A DNA stretch of 64,000 nt from Candidatus Omnitrophota bacterium (GTDB lineage: Bacteria; Omnitrophota; Gorgyraeia; 1-14-0-20-64-10), in the NCBI GenBank assembly GCA_016177405.1, contig JACOVG010000004.1, forward strand, positions 18,674 through 82,673, in the 5' to 3' direction. Both the position numbers and the translations under genes were made by a program. Shown in pieces: positions 37,994 through 48,716 of this stretch. Below the pieces are notes generated by a model. That model was not told the DNA's origin and made no database searches. It worked only from the letters and a program-made list of their open reading frames with translations. The first letter of the stretch is position 1, and each line of letters begins with the position of its first letter.

Positions 37994-39112
37994 CTAGTGG
38001 GGTGTCGCGTGGGCGTGATCCGCGATGCCGTCTGCGTTCACATCGTAATGAAACTCGTCCATCAGCCCATCGTTGTTGTGGTCGTGGCTAACGACGAGCA
38101 CCTCGGTCTGATTTTGCTGGTTGACCTGCTGCGTGTTGTCGTAGTTCTGGTTCTCTATGGTGTAAGCCTCTTTGTAGACGGCCTCGGTCGTGGTGCCCGC
38201 TATCTCGCGGTACTGGGTCTCCATCTGGGTACCCATCTCGCGCATCTGGGTTTCCATGGCCGCTCTCTGCTCCGGCGTCATCGCCTCCAGAACCTCCTTG
38301 GGCGGCCCCATCATCTCTCTGGAGCCGGCGCTCATCACCTCCCGCGGATTGATCCCGGCAGCCATCATCTTCTCCATCATCTCCCGGGGCGGTCCGGCAA
38401 ATCCTTCCGTCGCGGTGCGCGCCATCGCCTCTTGGAAGGAGCTCTCAAAATGGGCCGAGATGGCCGCGCGCACGGTGTCCACCTGCTGCGTGGGATCGAT
38501 CACCCTGCCCACAAAGCGGATCTCTGGGTTATCTCCCCCTACCCTCACGTCTGACCCGACCCTTCCGGCAAACACCTCCCGCAGGTTCTTGTCCCCCAGG
38601 TAGCCGCTGGCCTCGGCCATGGCCGCCTTGCAGGTTTCAAAATACTTGGAGACATCCTCCACGGTCCCGCCGGCCTTGAGCGTTTCCTTGGCCTTGGCCA
38701 AGGCATCCCGCATCTGGATCTCCACCCTGCCGGCCACCTCCGCCGGCACGCCGCTCTTGGTCAAGGCCTCGACGGTGCCTCGGGTGACTGCCTCGGGATT
38801 CTCCAGGGCCTTCTTGGTGGTTTCCGTGGTGTCGTGAATCACCGCGGCCGTTTTCTCCACAATCTGGAGCTCGGCCCTTGCCTCCGGAGAAGCGCTTTCT
38901 TGCTCTGTGACCGCCGCTTCAATCTTGGGAACCACCTCATTCAAGGCGATCTCGCGGACTTCCGGCTCAAGGGTAGGATCGTTGGCGATGATCTCTCTGC
39001 AGCTGTGGATCACCTCCACCTCCAACTGCGCCAGGGCGCTGGGCATCCCCGGGCTAAAGAAGGCGAGCCCCAGGATCAGTGCCCAGGCAAAGCCCTTCAT
39101 CATACTCTCCAT
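37994..39112 (-). CDS. Secreted hypothetical protein with Met/Glu-rich region and His/DxNxDG tail
   Basis: Signal peptide; C-terminal HDHNNDGLMDEFHYDVNADGIADHAHATPH; AAGGAGG SD. Confidence 0.75.
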   Translation of the reverse strand: MESMMKGFAWALILGLAFFSPGMPSALAQLEVEVIHSCREIIANDPTLEPEVREIALNEVVPKIEAAVTEQESASPEARAELQIVEKTAAVIHDTTETTKKALENPEAVTRGTVEALTKSGVPAEVAGRVEIQMRDALAKAKETLKAGGTVEDVSKYFETCKAAMAEASGYLGDKNLREVFAGRVGSDVRVGGDNPEIRFVGRVIDPTQQVDTVRAAISAHFESSFQEAMARTATEGFAGPPREMMEKMMAAGINPREVMSAGSREMMGPPKEVLEAMTPEQRAAMETQMREMGTQMETQYREIAGTTTEAVYKEAYTIENQNYDNTQQVNQQNQTEVLVVSHDHNNDGLMDEFHYDVNADGIADHAHATPH

Positions 39113-39153
39113 CTCATTTCCTCCTTGCTTAGCTTATAAAAATTAAACCTTTG

Positions 39154-40125
39154 TTACCGCGACTCGGTGTAAGCGCCTCCTGCTGGCCGCTCATACGACT
39201 CGCGCTCCATTGTAGGACGCTCCATCGTGGGCTGCTCCCGCTCCATCGTGGGGCGCTCAACGGCCTCGCGCTGGGGCGCTTCTCGCTCCATGGTGGGGCG
39301 CTCTACCGCCTCGCGCTGGGGCGCTTCTCGCTCCATGGTGGGGCGCTCTACCTCGCGGGTTGGAGTTTCCCTAGACTGGGTTTCCCGCTCCATGGCAGGG
39401 CGTTCGGCTTGCTCACGGCCACCGCGCTCGGCTTGCTCACGGCCACCGCGCTCGGCTTGCTCACGGCCACCGCGCTCGGCTTGCTCACGGCCGGCTCTTT
39501 CGGCCGTCTCGCGGCCACCGCGCTCAGCTTGCTCACGGCCAGCTCTTTCGGCCGTCTCACGGCCGGCTTGCTCGCGGCCACTGCGTTCGGCATGCTCACG
39601 GCCGGCTTGCTCGCGGCTGGTCCTTTCGGCCGTCTCGCGACCTGCTTGATCAGAAGCACCGCCTCGGGTCTCTAAACCTTGGGCCCGCTCCATTCCTGGA
39701 ACACCCCGCTCGGAGAGTTCCTTGAGGCGAGCGTCGTCCCGTCCCCCGGCAGGAAGATCCTTTGGATTAAAGCCCTGTCCTCTTTCCGTTGAGCCGGTGC
39801 CCAGGGGACCTTCCGTACCTGCTGTCCGGCCACCAAGATCTGGAGCCCCGAGGCTCTCCGACCCTTGGACAACGGGTCCGGGAAGAGTGCCTCCAGCCCG
39901 TTCGGGCCCCTCGAAACCCCCGGTCGGCGTCGGCCGCTCGACCCCCGTGGCCGCCAGACCGGCAACCTCCCTGGCCTCCGCTTCGGTGAGGCCCTCTTCC
40001 GCCTGAAGCTCCTGAATCACCTTCTCGTAATCGGTATCTGCCTCCGCGGCCAGAGCCTGGCCGGTTACAAGAAAGGTTAGGCCCAAAAGGAAAATTCCTG
40101 TCGCTGTCATGGAATGAGCACGCAT
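39154..40125 (-). CDS. Secreted low-complexity Glu/Arg repeat protein
   Basis: Signal peptide (ALA); 8-aa ERxGREQA and 15-aa VERPTMEREAPQREA repeats; AAGGAGG SD. Confidence 0.75.
   Translation of the reverse strand: MRAHSMTATGIFLLGLTFLVTGQALAAEADTDYEKVIQELQAEEGLTEAEAREVAGLAATGVERPTPTGGFEGPERAGGTLPGPVVQGSESLGAPDLGGRTAGTEGPLGTGSTERGQGFNPKDLPAGGRDDARLKELSERGVPGMERAQGLETRGGASDQAGRETAERTSREQAGREHAERSGREQAGRETAERAGREQAERGGRETAERAGREQAERGGREQAERGGREQAERGGREQAERPAMERETQSRETPTREVERPTMEREAPQREAVERPTMEREAPQREAVERPTMEREQPTMERPTMERESYERPAGGAYTESR
39203..39650. repeat. Intragenic tandem repeats: 45-bp units (about 39203-39400) and 24-bp units (about 39401-39650)
   Basis: Repeated TCGGCTTGCTCACGGCCACCGCGC and CGCTCCAT.GTGGGGCGCTC units. 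Confidence 0.9.
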
Positions 40126-40157
40126 TTCCGTTCCCTCCTTAGGTAGTTTTATAATGC

Positions 40158-40195
40158 AAACGACCTTGCCCCCTTAAAAAGGGAGCAAGGTCGCC
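40158..40195 (-). terminator. Riboswitch expression-platform hairpin
   Basis: CGACCTTGCTCCCTT..AAGGGGGCAAGGTCG followed by TTTG on the minus strand. Confidence 0.65.
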
Positions 40196-40214
40196 TCTAG
40201 CTCGTAACCTTCCA

Positions 40215-40350
40215 ACCCTGGCAACTGGCTGCCCTCTTCTATGGGGCCCTGTAGCTTTGCCCCCCAAGATTTGCTTCGCAAATCTATCTCGGGGGGTCCA
40301 CCACCTTGGGGCGGCGGACGTCCCTACCTTTCGGTAGGTTTGCCTTTAAA
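40215..40350 (-). ncRNA. c-di-GMP-I (GEMM) riboswitch with 59-nt insertion
   Basis: GGCAAACCUACC-GAAA-GGUAGGGAC [insert] GCAAAGCUACAGGGCC...GGCAGCCAGUUGCC. Confidence 0.8.
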
Positions 40351-40441
40351 CAGGGAAACGTGACCTATTTAGTTTTTCTAATGCAAGCTTACCTGATCTT
40401 TTGGCAAAAAGGCAAGGGTTGGAAGGAGAAAATTTTCAGCT

Positions 40442-40873
40442 TTAAATGTGGAAGGTGAAGCGGTGGTTGGGGCTGGCGGCGTTTTCCTTGACCTGGGAGG
40501 CCAGGGCGCCCAGGGTGGTGGCCTTCAGGGTGGAGTCCACCGCCCGCTCCACCTGTTTCCAGACGGACGCGGTGGGATCCTTGGTCGAAACGGCTGAAGC
40601 CGCGTAAGCCAATCCCTTGGGCTCCAAGCACTTAAAGACAGCGCTCACAGAGAGCTGGTCGGCCGGCAGTTTAAGGCGGTAGCCGCCCCGGGGGCCTCGC
40701 TCCGCTTCCACGATACCTTCACGCCGCAGGCGGTTAAAGAGCTGTTCCAGGTAGCGGACCGGCAGGGATTGCCGCTTGGCCACGGCGGACAGCGTCACCG
40801 GACCGGCTCCCTGGTGAAGAGTCAGATCCACCAGCGCGCGCAGGGCGTAAGAGACGCGGGAAGGGGGTTTCAT
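40442..40873 (-). CDS. Rrf2 family regulator (CymR/IscR-like, lacks the Fe-S Cys triad)
   Basis: YALRALVDL, YLEQLF, RGPRGGYRL; directly downstream of cysK. Confidence 0.88.
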   Translation of the reverse strand: MKPPSRVSYALRALVDLTLHQGAGPVTLSAVAKRQSLPVRYLEQLFNRLRREGIVEAERGPRGGYRLKLPADQLSVSAVFKCLEPKGLAYAASAVSTKDPTASVWKQVERAVDSTLKATTLGALASQVKENAASPNHRFTFHI

Positions 40874-41808
40874 CAGAACTCCTCGAAATACGGGTCCAGA
40901 CTCAAGTACCGCTCGCCGGTATCCGGCAGGATCACCACCACCGTCTTGCCCGACCCCAGGCGTTTGGCCACCGTGAGGGCCGCCCAGACCGCGGCTCCGG
41001 CCGAGATCCCGGCCAAGATCCCTTCCTCCTTGGCAAGCCGCCTGGCCATGGCGTAAGCGTCGTTGTCGGCCACCGGAATGATCTCATCCAGGAGGGCCCT
41101 GTCCAGGACCTCCGGGATGAAGCCGGCCCCGATCCCCTGGATCTGATGCGGTCCGGCCGGGCGGCCCGAGAGGACCGCCGAGGCGGCCGGCTCCACGGCG
41201 ATCACCTTCATCTGGGGGAATCGCTTCTTCAGGACATCCCCGTTGCCGGTGATGGTGCCGCCGGTGCCTACTCCGGCCACAAAGGCGTCGAGGGTCCCTT
41301 CCACCGCTTTCAGGATCTCCTGCGAGGTTGTCTGGCGATGGATTCTGGGGTTGGCCGGATTGGCAAACTGGTGGGGCATAAAGGCGCCGGGGCTTTTGGC
41401 CGCCAGCTCCTTGGCCTTGTTCACCGCCCCGGCCATCCCTTGATCCACCGGGGTCACCACCACCTCCGCGCCGAATCGCTCCAGAAGGGAGATTCTTTCC
41501 ATGCTCATCCCTTCGGGCAGGGTGAGGATCAGCTTGTAGCCCTTGACCGCGCAGACCATGGCCAGACCAATGCCGGTGTTGCCGCTCGTGGGCTCGATGA
41601 TGGTCCCGCCTGGTTTCAAGAGCCCGCGCACTTCGGCATCCTCCACCATGGACAGGGCGATTCGATCCTTCACAGAGCCGCCCGGGTTAAAGGCCTCGAG
41701 TTTGGCCAGGACCCTGGCCGAGGGGGCGGTGACGATCTTGGTCAGCTCCACCATGGGAGTATCCCCGATCAGCTCCAGGATGGATTGGGCCACACCTCGT
41801 TTCGCCAT
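40873..41808 (-). CDS. cysK: Cysteine synthase
   Basis: NPGGSVKDR, EPTSGNTG, GVGTGGT, DTGERYLS. Confidence 0.95.
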   Translation of the reverse strand: MAKRGVAQSILELIGDTPMVELTKIVTAPSARVLAKLEAFNPGGSVKDRIALSMVEDAEVRGLLKPGGTIIEPTSGNTGIGLAMVCAVKGYKLILTLPEGMSMERISLLERFGAEVVVTPVDQGMAGAVNKAKELAAKSPGAFMPHQFANPANPRIHRQTTSQEILKAVEGTLDAFVAGVGTGGTITGNGDVLKKRFPQMKVIAVEPAASAVLSGRPAGPHQIQGIGAGFIPEVLDRALLDEIIPVADNDAYAMARRLAKEEGILAGISAGAAVWAALTVAKRLGSGKTVVVILPDTGERYLSLDPYFEEF

Positions 41809-43089
41809 TTAAAGCTCCGAAATCGTTTCTTGGTGAGCCTTCAAGGTTGTTTCGATCTCCCTCTTGCCGTGCGCCGTCGATAGAAACCACGCCTCAAACG
41901 GGGAGGGAGGCAGATAAACCCCTTGGGAGAGCATCCCTCTGAAGTAGCGGGCGTAGCGCCGGGGATCGGCCCTTCTGGCGTCGGCCGCGGAGCAAACAGA
42001 TCCCGATTTGAAAAAGAGGGTCACCAGCGACCCGGCCTGGTTGACCACGACCGGAACGCCGGCCTGGGAGCTGACGGCCCGAAGCCCCTGGGCGAGCTCG
42101 CGCCCCGCGTCGTTCAACCGCCCATACCTTTTGGGTTGGCGCAGGACGCGCAAGGTCGCCAGCCCCGCCGCCATGGCGATGGGATGCCCGGCCAGCGTCC
42201 CGGCCTGATAGACCTTCCCCCGCGGGGCGACAAGCCTCATCAGCCTGGCGGGCCCCCCATAAGCCCCGATGGCGAAACCGCCGCCGATCACCTTGCCCAG
42301 GGTCGTCAAATCGGGCCGAACCCCAAAGAGACCCTGGGCCCCGGAGTAACCCACCCGGAATCCGGTGATCACCTCATCAAAGATAAGCAGGATCCCGTGC
42401 TTGGCGGTCAGGGCCCTCAAGCCCTTGAGGAATCCGGGCGCCGGAGGAATCACCCCCGCGTTGGCCATCACCGGTTCCACGATCACGCAGGCCAGGGTTT
42501 TTCCATGCCGGCGGATCGTCCGCTCGACCCCCTCAAGGTCATTGAAGGAAGCGGTGAGCGTATCCTCCGTCACCCGCCGCGGAACTCCGGGCGAGGCCGG
42601 AATCCCCAGGGTCGCCATCCCGGAACCGGCCCGGGCAAGCAGGGCATCGGCATGACCGTGGTAGCCGCCGTCGAACTTGAGGATCTTGCTCCGGCCCGTC
42701 GCGGCCCGGGCCAGGCGGATGGCGCTCATCACCGCCTCGGTCCCCGAGGAGACAAACCGGATCTGCTCGATGGCCGGCATCGCCCGGGAAATCTCCCGCG
42801 CCAAGGCCGTCTCTCCGGGGGTTGGCGTCCCGAAGGTGATCCCCCGCTTCAGACCCTTCTGGACCGCCCTTAAAACAGCCGGGTGGCGGTGGCCCAGGAT
42901 GAGGGCGCCCCAGGAGCCGACATAATCCAGGAGCTTGCGCCCCTCCACATCCCAGAGGCAGGGCCCGGCCCCCCGGTCCACAAAGAAAGGCCCCGCGCCG
43001 ACCGACTTAAAGGAACGGACCGGCGAGTTGACCCCGCCGACCAGGTAGCGTTTGGCCTGCCGCCAACAAGAGGCGTTGGTTGATTTCAC
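41809..43089 (-). CDS. hemL: Glutamate-1-semialdehyde aminomutase
   Basis: GGVNSPVR, SGTEA, FDEVITGFR, LGKVIGGG, YQAGTL; GTG start. Confidence 0.95.
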   Translation of the reverse strand: MKSTNASCWRQAKRYLVGGVNSPVRSFKSVGAGPFFVDRGAGPCLWDVEGRKLLDYVGSWGALILGHRHPAVLRAVQKGLKRGITFGTPTPGETALAREISRAMPAIEQIRFVSSGTEAVMSAIRLARAATGRSKILKFDGGYHGHADALLARAGSGMATLGIPASPGVPRRVTEDTLTASFNDLEGVERTIRRHGKTLACVIVEPVMANAGVIPPAPGFLKGLRALTAKHGILLIFDEVITGFRVGYSGAQGLFGVRPDLTTLGKVIGGGFAIGAYGGPARLMRLVAPRGKVYQAGTLAGHPIAMAAGLATLRVLRQPKRYGRLNDAGRELAQGLRAVSSQAGVPVVVNQAGSLVTLFFKSGSVCSAADARRADPRRYARYFRGMLSQGVYLPPSPFEAWFLSTAHGKREIETTLKAHQETISEL

Positions 43090-43090
43090 G

Positions 43091-44866
<1,776 letters not shown>

Positions 44867-44867
44867 G

Positions 44868-45866
44868 TCAAATCACCCCCTTTTCCTTGATCCACCGGGC
44901 AATTTCCTTGGCGTAGTAGGTAATGATGAGATCGGCTCCCGAGCGCCGGATCGAGGTTAACGACTCCATAACCAGACGTTTCTCCTGAACCCATCCCCTC
45001 TGGGCCGCCGCCTTGATGAGGGCGTACTCGCCGCTCACCTGATAGGCGGCGGTGGGCCAGTGGAATTCCTCTTTCACCTTTTGAATCACATCCAGATAGC
45101 CCATCGCCGGCTTCACCATCACGAGATCGGCCCCTTCCTGAATGTCGAGGGCCACCTCCCGCAGGGCCTCCTTCAGGTTGGGCGGATCCATCTGGTAGCC
45201 GCGCCGGTCGCCGAACCTCGGGGCCGACTCCACCGCTTCCCGAAAAGGGCCGTACAGGGCGGAGGCGTACTTGGCCGAGTAGCTCATGATCGGCACCTGG
45301 GCGAAACCCGCGCCATCCAGCGCCTTTCGGATCGCCGCCACTTGGCCGTCCATCATCGCCGAGGGGGCCACGAGATCCGCCCCGGCCCTGGCCTGCGAGA
45401 GGGCGATCTTGGCCAGGAGGGCAAGGGTCGCGTCGTTGTCCACGCCGGCACCCTTCACCACCCCGCAGTGGCCGTGCGAGGTGTACTCGCAAAGGCACAC
45501 ATCGGTCATCACAACCAGCCCCGGGGCCGCCTTCTTGATCCGGCCGACGGCCCTTTGGACGATCCCATCCCGCGCGAAGGCGCCGCTTCCCTTGGAATCC
45601 TTGGCGGGTGGGATCCCAAAAAGGAGCGCCGCCCCCACCCCCAGCCCGGCAAGCGCCTTGGCCTCGCCGGCTATCTCCTCCAGCGAAAACCGGAAAACCC
45701 CCGGCATCGAGGCAATCGCTGTTTTCCGCCGGATCTTGGCGTCCACAAAAAGGGGCGCCACCAGTTTCCCGGGGTCGAGCCGGGTCTCGGCCACGAGCGC
45801 CCTGAACCTCGGAGAGCCCCTTAGGCGCCTGGGCCGGTATGCCGGAAATTTCGCCGGGGTCCTCAC
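44868..45866 (-). CDS. hemB: Porphobilinogen synthase
   Basis: DVCLCEYTSHGHCG, YGPFR, MVKPA, YQVSGEY. Confidence 0.96.
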   Translation of the reverse strand: MRTPAKFPAYRPRRLRGSPRFRALVAETRLDPGKLVAPLFVDAKIRRKTAIASMPGVFRFSLEEIAGEAKALAGLGVGAALLFGIPPAKDSKGSGAFARDGIVQRAVGRIKKAAPGLVVMTDVCLCEYTSHGHCGVVKGAGVDNDATLALLAKIALSQARAGADLVAPSAMMDGQVAAIRKALDGAGFAQVPIMSYSAKYASALYGPFREAVESAPRFGDRRGYQMDPPNLKEALREVALDIQEGADLVMVKPAMGYLDVIQKVKEEFHWPTAAYQVSGEYALIKAAAQRGWVQEKRLVMESLTSIRRSGADLIITYYAKEIARWIKEKGVI

Positions 45867-47359
45867 GCGAGAGCCTCCACAACCGCTCCCGTCAGACCTT
45901 CGATCGTCCAGGATCCCTTGGGCAGATGAAAGCGTCCGATTCCCGCTTCCTTGAGGGCCTTGCCGGTGGCCGGGCCGATCGCCGCAACGGCCGTGCCGTT
46001 TAAGCCGCGCCGCAATGGAACGCGGGCCTTCCGCAGGGCCTGCACAAAGCCGCTCACCGTCGAGGCCGAGGTGAAGGTGAGGCAGTCGATCCGCGTGAGG
46101 GCCTGGCGGGTCTTGCCAGGCGGCGGGGAGGCGGCCCGAGTTTCGTACATCACCACCTCGTCCAGCCGAGCTCCCTGTTTGCGGAGCCCGCGGGCCAGCT
46201 CATCCCGTACCCCCAGGTTGGAGCGCGGAATCAGAATCCTCTTGCCCGCGAGGTTCATCCGGCCAAAAACCCGCCGCAATCCAGCGGTCGAGAAATCATC
46301 AGGAATCAAATCCACCCGAAGCCCTGCCTCCCGGGCCGAACGGGCGGTGCGCGGGCCGATGGCGCAGAGCTTGGCCTTGCCGGAGAGCTTCGCCAAGCGG
46401 GTCAGTGCCTCCACGCCGTGGTGGCTGGTGAAGATAATCCAATCGTAACCCGGCAATTCTCGAAGAAGCCTCTCACGCTCGGCCCTGGAAAATTTTCGGG
46501 CCCGGACCACCACCGTCGGCAAGGCCACGCATTCGGCCCCCAGATCGTGAAGCCGGCTTATAAACTCCCTCTGGTCCACCAGGGGCCGGGTCACCAGAAC
46601 CCTCTTACCCTGCAGGGGTTTCGCGCCAATCCTCCTCGCCTGCCGGACCACCTCCCCAATCACCGCCACTACCGGCGGCCCAAAATCAGGGCGCTTCCCA
46701 AGATCTCTCGCCGCCCCTCCCAAGGTGGTCACCAGGGTCTCCTGTTTCGCGGTCGTGGCCCAGCGGATCAAGGCAGCCGGCGTGGCGGCCGGGCGGCCCC
46801 CCTTCATCAGGCGGCGGGCGATCTCCGGGAGATTTTTTCTTCCCATCAGGATCACGATCGTGTCAACCGCCTTGGCCAGCGCCTCCCAGCGCGCCGCCGA
46901 TTTTTTTCCGGCAGCCCCCTGGCCTGTCACCACCGCCACAGAGGAAGAGAACCTCCGGTCGGTCAGCGGAATTCCGGCCGCGGCCGCCGCGGCCCAGGCC
47001 GAGCTCACCCCCGGGACAACCTCGCAGGGAATTCCCGCCTGGGAGAGAGCCTCAAGTTCCTCGGAGATCCGCCCAAAGAGGGTGGGGTCGCCTCCCTTCA
47101 AGCGGACGACCCTCCGGTGGCGGCGTCCCGCCTCCACCAAGATCCGGTTGATCGCGCTTTGGCTCTTGCCTTCCTCGTCCGATCCCTTGCCGGCGTAAAT
47201 CCTCCGGCATCCCTTCTTCGTCAGTCTCAAAAGCTCCGCCGCCGCCAGCCGGTCGTAGATGACGCAGTCGGCCTGGGCCAGAAGCCCGGCACCGCGCCGG
47301 GTGATCAGCCCCGGATCGCCCGGCCCGGCCCCGACGAGATAAACGGTTCCTGGGCTCAT
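45863..47359 (-). CDS. cobA: Uroporphyrinogen-III C-methyltransferase/synthase fusion (CobA-HemD)
   Basis: VGAGPGDPGL, RLKGGDP, VLVTRP, FTSASTV. Confidence 0.92.
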   Translation of the reverse strand: MSPGTVYLVGAGPGDPGLITRRGAGLLAQADCVIYDRLAAAELLRLTKKGCRRIYAGKGSDEEGKSQSAINRILVEAGRRHRRVVRLKGGDPTLFGRISEELEALSQAGIPCEVVPGVSSAWAAAAAAGIPLTDRRFSSSVAVVTGQGAAGKKSAARWEALAKAVDTIVILMGRKNLPEIARRLMKGGRPAATPAALIRWATTAKQETLVTTLGGAARDLGKRPDFGPPVVAVIGEVVRQARRIGAKPLQGKRVLVTRPLVDQREFISRLHDLGAECVALPTVVVRARKFSRAERERLLRELPGYDWIIFTSHHGVEALTRLAKLSGKAKLCAIGPRTARSAREAGLRVDLIPDDFSTAGLRRVFGRMNLAGKRILIPRSNLGVRDELARGLRKQGARLDEVVMYETRAASPPPGKTRQALTRIDCLTFTSASTVSGFVQALRKARVPLRRGLNGTAVAAIGPATGKALKEAGIGRFHLPKGSWTIEGLTGAVVEALA

Positions 47360-48300
47360 GCCGCCCCCTTCTGGGCCCACAGCCCAAACAGCAGTCGGTC
47401 GGCCCCCGCCGCCCGCAGATGGCTGGCCAGCTCTTTTCCAAGCCGCTCGGCTTCTTGCTTTGATCCGGCAATCTCTTTTCGAATGGCCTTGAGCCCGTCC
47501 GGGGAAAGGACGATGCCGGTCATCGAGAGATTCCCGTCCCGGACCCGGGCCAACCCCCCCACCGGAACCGAGCAACCGCCCCCCAGCGCCTCCAAAAAGG
47601 CCCGCTCGGCTTTTACCTCCCAATGGGAATCCGGATCGTCCAACACCTTAATAAGCTCTCCAATCTCTTTGCGCTCTTCATGGATCTCCACCCCCAAGGC
47701 CCCCTGCCCAGGGCACGGGAGCATGAAGGAGGGGTCCAGATATTCGCTCACCCGGTGGGCCAAGCCCAGCCGGATCAATCCGCAGGCGGCCAGGATCAGG
47801 GCGCCGTATTCACCGCTGTCGAGCTTTCTTAAGCGCGTGTCCACGTTGCCCCGAATCGCCGCGGCATTTAAATCCCGCCGGGCCCTCTTCAGCTGGGCCT
47901 GCCTCCTTAAGGAGCTGGCTCCCACCGCCGCCCCCTGGGGAAGGTTTTTCAGGGTCATCCCATCGCCGGCCACCAGCGCGTCGCGCGGGTCTTCCCTTTT
48001 TAAGACCGCCGCAATGGCAAGCCCCCGCGGCAGGCCGGCCTGCAGATCCTTGACCGAGTGGACCGCCAGGTCAATCTTTCCTAAAAGCAGAGCCTCTTCG
48101 ATCTCCTTGACGAAGAGCCCTTTAAGCGGCACAGTCCCCCTTGCCTCGCTCCCTCCAGCCGTGAAATCATCCCCGGTCGTTTTGATTACGACCAGCTCGC
48201 AGCGCAGGCCGGGTTGGGCCTTTTCCAGCGCCCCCCTGACCAGATGGGCCTGGGCCAGGGCGAGCTTGGAGCCGCGCGTGCCGATCGTAAGAGAAGTCAA
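47356..48300 (-). CDS. hemC: Hydroxymethylbilane synthase
   Basis: IGTRGSKLALAQ, GLFVKE, VHSVKD, RGNVDTR, GGCSVP. Confidence 0.96.
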   Translation of the reverse strand: MTSLTIGTRGSKLALAQAHLVRGALEKAQPGLRCELVVIKTTGDDFTAGGSEARGTVPLKGLFVKEIEEALLLGKIDLAVHSVKDLQAGLPRGLAIAAVLKREDPRDALVAGDGMTLKNLPQGAAVGASSLRRQAQLKRARRDLNAAAIRGNVDTRLRKLDSGEYGALILAACGLIRLGLAHRVSEYLDPSFMLPCPGQGALGVEIHEERKEIGELIKVLDDPDSHWEVKAERAFLEALGGGCSVPVGGLARVRDGNLSMTGIVLSPDGLKAIRKEIAGSKQEAERLGKELASHLRAAGADRLLFGLWAQKGAA

Positions 48301-48716
48301 CCCTGTACCTCCTCCAGCGGTTCTTCCTGGACGTGGCCGTCGTTAATCTTGAAGGCCCGCGCCTGGGGCCGCCCCTTTTCCTTCAGGGTCACCAGCACGT
48401 AATGGCCGCCGAAAAAATCCTGCACGGCGGTGGCCCGCTCGACGTCCCGCGGGGAGGGGTACGCCTCGGTCGCCACGTGCGAGTGGTAGACCGCCAGATG
48501 AGACATCCCCTCGCGCCGAATCTCCTTCTGCGCCGAGAGCTGTTCACCCGGGTTCATCTCATACCAGGTGGGGCTGGCGGCGTCGTTGGTGATGGGATAA
48601 ACCGCCGAGGCGAACTCCCCCTGGCCGGCCAGATACCCGCAGGCCTCGTTCGGATACTCCCGCCGGCAATGTTCCACCATTTTCTCCATCGCAGCGGCCG
48701 CCACTTTAAGCATCAC
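48297..48716 (-). CDS. JAB/MPN (Mec-like) metallopeptidase
   Basis: PNEACG, YHSH..AYPS..D JAMM motif. Confidence 0.88.
   Translation of the reverse strand: MMLKVAAAAMEKMVEHCRREYPNEACGYLAGQGEFASAVYPITNDAASPTWYEMNPGEQLSAQKEIRREGMSHLAVYHSHVATEAYPSPRDVERATAVQDFFGGHYVLVTLKEKGRPQARAFKINDGHVQEEPLEEVQG

Noticed and set aside
39151-39675. Plus-strand repeat ORFs (LLTATALG / SACSRPPR)
   Set aside because: Alternative frames of the tandem repeats; the minus-strand ORF has the SD, signal peptide and riboswitch.
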